A stretch of 64,000 nucleotides of DNA from an uncultured delta proteobacterium (lineage in GTDB: Bacteria; Desulfobacterota; Binatia; UBA9968), in assembly GCA_963737905.1 (NCBI GenBank), contig CAVTUQ010000001.1:1-64000 (forward strand), read 5' to 3'. How positions within the stretch are numbered: position 1 is the first letter of the stretch; every line of letters starts with the position of its first letter. The position numbers were made by a program, and so were the translations under genes. This document shows positions 58,403 through 64,000 of this stretch, piece by piece. Below the pieces are notes generated by a model that was not told where the DNA came from, searched no databases, and saw only the letters and a list, made by a program, of their open reading frames with translations.

Positions 58403-58829
58403 TGCCGTAGCGGGACTATGTGACGCTATCGGTCGCTATTGGTATCTATTCAAGCGTTTAACGGCGGTTTTCGGAGCGTGATTTTACCGATTCGAACGCA
58501 TAGTGACATATAGTTCTTTCAAAGCACATTCAAAGCAGCCTATTTTGAAGTCCGCTCGCTTTTTCTTCCGGCAGGCAGGACATGCACCTTCCATTGGACA
58601 AAACAAGCACAGCCGAGATCGGCCCTCGCCTTGCAGGCGGCCTTTGCCGATATTAATATCCACAAAAGCCGATCTGTATATTACTGGTTGAACTAAACCG
58701 CTTCGCGGTGGCTGTGGTTGCGTAGGGCCGGTTGTTTTCACTCACCTTTTGTTTTCCATTTACTTCCTGGCTCATTATGATCATCTGATTTAGCGTAGCT
58801 CCCAGATTTAAATCCAAGGAGGATTTTTT

Positions 58830-59665
58830 ATGGGAGCACTACGAGAGAAGATGATCGAGGAGATAAGGCTACGCAACTTCTCGCCGAGAACTGAGCACTC
58901 CTACGTTTCGGCAATGGTGGGGCTGGCCAAGTATTACCGTCAGTCACCGGATCAACTCAGTCAGGAACAGATCCGGGCTTATCTGTTGCATCTCAGAGAA
59001 CGGGGTTTATCGCCAAGCTCGCGCAACGTGGCGATCTCGGGGATGAAGTTCTTTTACCAACAGTGTCTGGGGTGGAACGAAAAGCAGTTATTCATTCCGC
59101 CGAGAAAACGGAGCTGGCAATTACCCGAGGTGTTAAGCCAGAAGGAAGTCGAGCGATTGCTGTTGGCTGCCACAACGCAACGCGACCGTTGTCTGTTGAT
59201 GACCGCCTACGCCACAGGGCTAAGGGTAAGCGAGCTGGTCAGGCTCAAAGTCAGCGCCATCGACAGCCACCGGATGATGGTGCGGGTGGAACAGGGCAAG
59301 GGGCGCAAGGACCGCTACACGACTTTATCCCAGCGGCTGCTCTGTGAACTGCGCTTCTATTGGAAGGAGCATCGCTCGCCGACTTATTTGTTTCCCAATC
59401 GAAAGGGCACACCGATCTCGATCGACTACGCCCAGAAAACCTACAATCGGGCGAAGCTTCGGGCTGGCATTGAAAAAGGGCACGGGATTCATACGCTCAG
59501 GCACTGTTTTGCTACTCATCTTTTGGAAGCCGGGGTGGATCTGAGAACCATTCAGACGCTATTGGGTATACCTCTTTGCTCAGCACAGAGCGTTATTTGC
59601 AGATTCGCCAGCATCGGATCACAGTCATGGCCAATCCTTTAGATTTACTGCGGCTACGGACTAAG
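58830..59665 (+). CDS. Site-specific tyrosine recombinase with N-terminal SAM-like domain (frameshift near 59568; end approximate)
   Basis: YATGLRVSE, QGKGRKDR, HTLRHCFATHLLEAG and LLG(H)...ERY. Confidence 0.9.
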
Positions 59666-59695
59666 AAGGCAGAGTCGCAGTGCTGTCGCGCGCGC

Positions 59696-60848
59696 ATGGG
59701 CGAGCGGCAGGACAGACCAAGGGCCCCCGAGCTAGCCGATATTTTTCGCCAATACGGGCAGAGCTACGCAAGACGCATCGATTATCGGCCGCTCAGCAAA
59801 AGGTCATGCGGGCCGTTGAGACCTGTCGCACGGCGGAATTGGGAGGGCATCTCAAGCAGTGCGACAGGTGCGGCTTTGAGCACCGAGTTATAATTCCTGC
59901 CGTAACCGCCACTGTCCTAAATGCCAGTCGCTGGCCAAAGCCAAGTGGTTGGAAAAACAAACCGCTGAGCTTTTGCCGGTGGGATACTTCCATCTAGTGT
60001 TTGCCTTGCCGCATGAATTTAACCGGCTGATCCTCGCCATAAAAAGATTGGCTTGAGTCTTCTGTTTAAAGCCGTCAGTGAAACGTTACTAGAGTTTGGC
60101 CAGACACGTCTTAAGGGAACTCTCGGAATCATCGCCGTGCTTCATACCTGGGATCAAACTCTCAAAGATCATTTTCATCTGCACTGCCTGGTTCCCGCGG
60201 CGCCTGTCTTTGGATCACAGCCGTTGGATTGGAGCACGGCCAAACTCTGTTTCCCATCACCGCTCTGTCCCAGGTGTTTCGGGGAAGTTTCTGGCTTTGT
60301 TACAACAGGCCTGTGAAAAAGGAAAAATCCCGGCGGCTACCAACGAGACTAAAGCCGCACGCCAAAAGAGCTGGGTGGTCTACGCCAAAAAGCCGTTCGG
60401 CTCTCCACAAACCGTGCTTGATTACCTCGGCCGCTATACCCACCGCGTGGCGTTGTCCAACGAGCGCATCCTTTCGGTCCAAAACGGTCAGGTCACCTTG
60501 AGTTATCGAGATCGCAAAGATGGGGATAAAAAAAAGACGGTCTCTCTTGAGGCCCAGAATGATCCGTCGCTTCCTGCTTCACGTCTTGCCTGATGGCTTC
60601 ATGCGCATCCGTCACTTCGGCTTCTTAGCCAACCGAGCCAAGAAGCATGCGCTCCCTCAATGCCGAAAGCTCTTGGGGCTAGTGCTGCCCTGCCCGAGCT
60701 TCCTAAAAAATCAGCCCACGATCTTTTGCTGGAACTTTCCGGCATCGATCTTTCTCGCTGCCCTCGTTGCCTGAAGGGAACCCTGATCGTCATTGGTGAG
60801 CTGCCGAAGGTGTCGCGACGGATTCCTCATGACAAAGAGTTCACCTAA
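59696..60848 (+). pseudogene. IS91-family (Y2 HUH) transposase, multiple frameshifts
   Basis: ELADIFR, CRTAELGGH..CDRC, SCRNRHCPKCQ, HTWDQ...HFHLHC (HUH), YLGRYTHRVA (Y2) and HVLPDGFMRIRHFG across frames. Confidence 0.88.
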
Positions 60849-61065
60849 CTTTACGACTCTCAATCCGCCGGGGCGCGGGTGCGTCTGCCTGTGCGAAAAA
60901 ACAACTCCCAACCCGCACCGCAGCGTCCTCACCAGCGAAAATTGACGCCACCGCTCTCTACCCGTATCTCACTGGCATTCTATCTTTATCCCAACTGCCG
61001 TCCCCGGCCATCTTGCGCATAATACAATCCCCATAGTCGAAACTGCACGGCGGCTACGCGGTTTA

Positions 61066-61159
61066 GTCCAACCCGTTTTATCCCCCCGTTGAACCTTAGC
61101 CCATCTCTCCGAGGCTTGATTGCTTCCAGGCTTTAGGGATAAAACGCTATACGTTCGCC
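61066..61159 (+). other. attC-like recombination hairpin (atypical spacing)
   Basis: GTCCAAC (RYYYAAC), perfect 11-bp arms CGTTTTATCCC / GGGATAAAACG, closing GTTCGCC. Confidence 0.55.
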
Positions 61160-61299
61160 CGAAAACCTGCCACGGAAAGCAAGTATGGAGACAACCAGAT
61201 GCCGAACTAGGCGGCCGTTGAGAACCACTTTTACGGCGAGGAGTCGAGTGAGGTGGAAGCGGCCCTGAAAACCGTCACCAACAATCGGAGGACACGTTC

Positions 61300-62179
61300 A
61301 TGACTACGGAAGGGAAAAATGCCGCTGCCGAAGAGGCGATCACGAAGGAAGCGCTAACCCGCTACCAAGCTACGACGGGCCCCCGCCTGCGCGAGATCAT
61401 CTTGAGCCTGATCAAGCATCTGCATGGCTTTGCGCGCGACGTGCGGCTGACCGGCGACGAGTACCTCTTCGCGATGAACTATCTGGTCCAGCTGGGCGGT
61501 TACTGCAAGGGCGGCAGGCAGGAATTCCTCGCGCTCGCCGAGATGCTCGGGCTCGAAACCCTGGTGATCCAGATATCGCAACCGAAGCCGGAAGGCGCGA
61601 CGCTGCCGGGCGTGCTCGGACCGTTCTTCCTTCCGAACGCACCCTCTTTCGCGAACGGCGCCGACATCGCCGAAGACGTCGCGGGCGAGCCTCTCTACGT
61701 CTCGGGGCGTATTCTCGCGATCGATCGTCGGCCTGTTCCAAACGCGACCATCAACGTCTGGCAATCGGACGGGCGGGGACTGTACGACGTGCAGGGTGAC
61801 CTGGCCAAGGACGGAATGCGGACGCGGGGGCAATTGAAGAGCGAGCCGGACGGTCGCTATTCGTTCTGGACGGTCGTCCCCATCGGCTATCCAGTCCCGA
61901 ATGACGGGGGGATGGGCGACCTGGTCAAGTATACCTCGAACGGGGGCTGGCGGCCGGCGCACGTTCACTTCATGATCGAGGCCGATGGGCCACGACACCC
62001 TGGTGACGCAAATCTGCGTGCGTGGCAGTGAGTACCTCGACCGGGACGCTGCCTTTTCGGTACGGGACGGGCTGATCGCAGACTTCCCGCGGCATCAGCC
62101 CGGTAAGGCGCCTGACGGCCGCCAGATGGATCGCCCGTTCCACACCATGGACTACGACTTCGTATTGACCCGCGCATGA
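61300..62179 (+). CDS. Intradiol ring-cleavage dioxygenase (hydroxyquinol 1,2-dioxygenase-like), one frameshift near 61990
   Basis: LIKHLHGFARDV, RQEF, VLGPF, VWQSD..GLYD, YPVPNDG and WRPAHVHF; LVTQ..YLDRDAAF in the next frame. Confidence 0.88.
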
Positions 62180-62251
62180 TCAAGGGCGTCATGTTGGAGG
62201 ATGAAAAAGTCCCGGTGAGTCAACTCCAACCTATGCCACGGGGTAAGGCAG

Positions 62252-62312
62252 GCCGAACAAGCCGCTGCAGACCGATCGCTGAAAAGCGCGCCGGCTGAGC
62301 GTTACGTTAGCC
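62252..62312 (+). other. Integron attC site (61 bp)
   Basis: R'' GCCGAAC, 5-nt spacer, L'' GCTGCAG with an extra G, central hairpin, L' GCTGAGC, R' GTTAGCC. Confidence 0.82.
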
Positions 62313-62332
62313 AGACTTCTTGGTTATCAATT

Positions 62333-62854
62333 ATGAATGAAGCACCAGTCCGCGTCGTACCCTACGATCCGACATGGATCAACAAGTTCGAGAGCGAAAA
62401 AGTCTTCCTTGAGAAACTTCTCACACCTTGGCGAAATGGTCCAATCGAACATGTTGGGAGCACCGCCGTAGTTGGTCTTTGCGCAAAACCTGTCATAGAT
62501 ATCATGGCCGGTGTGACGTCTCTCTCGGAATCTGAACCGGCCAAGAACATCCTATCCCAGGCGGGATATCAGTACGCTGAATACAAAACGGACGTCATGC
62601 ACTGGTTCTGCAAGCCGTCATTCATCATGCGAACCCATCATTTGCACCTCGTTCCGTTCGAGAGCCCACTGTGGTACGAGCGCTTGGCGTTTCGAGACCT
62701 TCTCCGAACGAACTCTAAAGTGGCAGAAGAATACGCCGCCCTAAAGCAAGAGTTGGCTTGCAGGTTTGAATTCGACAGGGAAGCTTATACCGACGCAAAA
62801 TATCCATTCATTATGCGTGCGCTTGGTTTTCCTAGAACTGAGGGGGCTGGCTAA
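62333..62854 (+). CDS. GrpB/UPF0157 nucleotidyltransferase-like protein (gene cassette)
   Basis: YDPTW, IEHVGSTAV.GL.AKPVIDI, THHLH, FRDLLR and REAYTDAK; stop lies within GGCTAAC. Confidence 0.92.
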   Translation: MNEAPVRVVPYDPTWINKFESEKVFLEKLLTPWRNGPIEHVGSTAVVGLCAKPVIDIMAGVTSLSESEPAKNILSQAGYQYAEYKTDVMHWFCKPSFIMRTHHLHLVPFESPLWYERLAFRDLLRTNSKVAEEYAALKQELACRFEFDREAYTDAKYPFIMRALGFPRTEGAG

Positions 62855-62957
62855 CAACAGGAACAGAAGGTAGTCCGGAATGTTCCGGTCCTGCTAATCT
62901 AATGCACGTCTAACCCGCCGCTTGAGCCGGGGCGCAAGGCACCCGCTCGGGTCGCCT
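62849..62957 (+). other. Degenerate attC remnants
   Basis: GGCTAAC at 62849 and GTCTAAC-CCGCC-GCTTGAGC at 62908; no closing GTTRRRY. Confidence 0.5.
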
Positions 62958-62966
62958 GATCGCGCA

Positions 62967-63007
62967 CGCAATCGAATGACAAGAGCAGAGGACTTTGAAT
63001 TCTCTGT
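62967..63007 (+). repeat. 41-bp direct repeat, copy 1
   Basis: CGCAATCGAATGACAAGAGCAGAGGACTTTGAATTCTCTGT, 40/41 identical to 63914-63954. Confidence 0.9.
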
Positions 63008-63165
63008 GCGGCGCATTCGTTCAGAACACATAGCTGGGAAAGTAATTACTGTCAGAGAGAGAGCCGCGAACACACGAAGGAAAGGTTTGCTGACCTTTCG
63101 TGTTCGTGGCGGCTGTGCTTTGTGGGTCTATCGGCGATATACTGACTAGGTATATTGGAAGCAAG

Positions 63166-63834
63166 ATGACAACAGTTCAAAACGCCGGTTGGCTCCTCGA
63201 TCAGCTTGAAGACCCGTTTACGATGTTTCCCGTCGAGAGCGTTGCAGACACTCTCTTCGAAGCCGTTGATGAGGCCGAGAGGGGGAAGTGGGAGCGCATA
63301 GGACCCTGGGAAGGCAGCGTGGCGAGGAAGTACTGGTCGGTTGAGCAAGAACACTGCCACGAAGTGATGGGGCTTCTCGTTGGTGCAATATTCGTGCTTG
63401 GGCAGGCTGCCATCACGCAAACGGTTTCCATATTAACCGAGTTGAGAAGGCACCCGGAGGCGCGGAACGTGATTCCCAAGAAGAAAGCGAGCAAGCTGAT
63501 CGCACATGCCGCGACAGAGGACAACACAAACCTCAGCAAGATCGTCATCGTCGACGCGGTAAGCAATTATTTCAAGCATGTCTACGAATGGCCCGAACAG
63601 TGGAGCAATGTTCGGACGAAGGACTCCGGGGCAGAGACGATTAACATCGTGCTCCAACTTGGGATGGAACCAGGACAAATGACGGACAACTTGCTTCTTG
63701 CCGCCGACCGGCTGGGGTTATGTCAGAGTAATCCACGGGCACTCGCCAGAAGCATTCAAGAATGGCGAGAGGGTTGGGCGAGGGCGCTCTACGCTTCATT
63801 CGGATTGCCGGACCCGAACTTACGCGGTGTCTGA
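63166..63834 (+). CDS. Hypothetical protein
   Basis: Long open frame with VDAVSNYFKH motif; start uncertain (63100 or 63166). Confidence 0.65.
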   Translation: MTTVQNAGWLLDQLEDPFTMFPVESVADTLFEAVDEAERGKWERIGPWEGSVARKYWSVEQEHCHEVMGLLVGAIFVLGQAAITQTVSILTELRRHPEARNVIPKKKASKLIAHAATEDNTNLSKIVIVDAVSNYFKHVYEWPEQWSNVRTKDSGAETINIVLQLGMEPGQMTDNLLLAADRLGLCQSNPRALARSIQEWREGWARALYASFGLPDPNLRGV

Positions 63835-63913
63835 TAATCACTGGTCAGACGGATTCGACTCCTCTGGACTATTACCCCCCACCTCAAAGCGACAGAGCGA
63901 GGACGGAACCACT

Positions 63914-63954
63914 CGCAATCGAATGACAAGAGCAGAGGACTTTCAATTCTCTGT
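63914..63954 (+). repeat. 41-bp direct repeat, copy 2
   Basis: Matches 62967-63007. Confidence 0.9.
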
Positions 63955-64000
63955 TCCGCTCTAAGGACAAGAAAACACAAATGTTTTTTTTGACTTTGTA

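Larger units (their letters stand above)
58686..61159 (+). mobile_element. Tyrosine recombinase plus IS91-like transposase element bounded by cassette-type sites
   Basis: 16-bp inverted ends GGTTGAACTAAACCGC (58686-58701) and GCGGTTTAGTCCAACC (61058-61073), then a hairpin ending GTTCGCC. Confidence 0.75.

Noticed and set aside
58830-59665. This recombinase as the integron integrase IntI
   Set aside because: It is short, shows no IntI-specific insertion before the HxLRH box, is co-oriented with the cassettes and lies inside the first unit.
59576-59893. Apparent in-frame fusion of the integrase C-terminus with the IS91 transposase N-terminus
   Set aside because: The region has many indels, and one more would restore a separate stop. 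It cannot be supported without reads or homologues.

Overview
This is a GC-rich bacterial window. Its many orphan NMT1/THI5-type substrate-binding proteins, amidohydrolases and short palindromic intergenic repeats suggest a Binatia-like soil bacterium (inference, not a database result). Single-base indels break at least nine otherwise intact genes, so the sequence probably carries long-read assembly errors. Main blocks: (1) 0.3-14 kb, transport and catabolism genes, including a radical SAM enzyme with a CX8CX2C motif next to an MmgE/PrpD gene. (2) 14-21.6 kb, an accretion hotspot where the 3' end of one SRPBCC gene occurs four times between cargo genes; it holds four toxin-antitoxin pairs (three toxins broken) and a repeat-flanked pair of an Asp-rich 97-aa peptide plus a JmjC/ROXA-type oxygenase, a candidate RiPP-like system. 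(3) 21.7-31.6 kb, rhomboid protease, reverse transsulfuration and alkylation repair genes. (4) 31.6-40.3 kb, an ECF42-type sigma factor cluster with four YciI/DGPF genes, VOC proteins, a BNR propeller plus MoaD/ThiS pair, and two identical promoter motifs. (5) 40.5-58.3 kb, an FhlA-like regulator, a TA pair, a divergent YchF and a cupin/amidohydrolase/LLM/SBP cluster. (6) 58.35-64 kb, the edge of a tRNA-Phe-targeted island with an integron-like cassette array and no intI in view; its first unit is a tyrosine recombinase plus IS91-like transposase bounded by cassette-type sites. No rRNA, complete tRNA or CRISPR array was seen.
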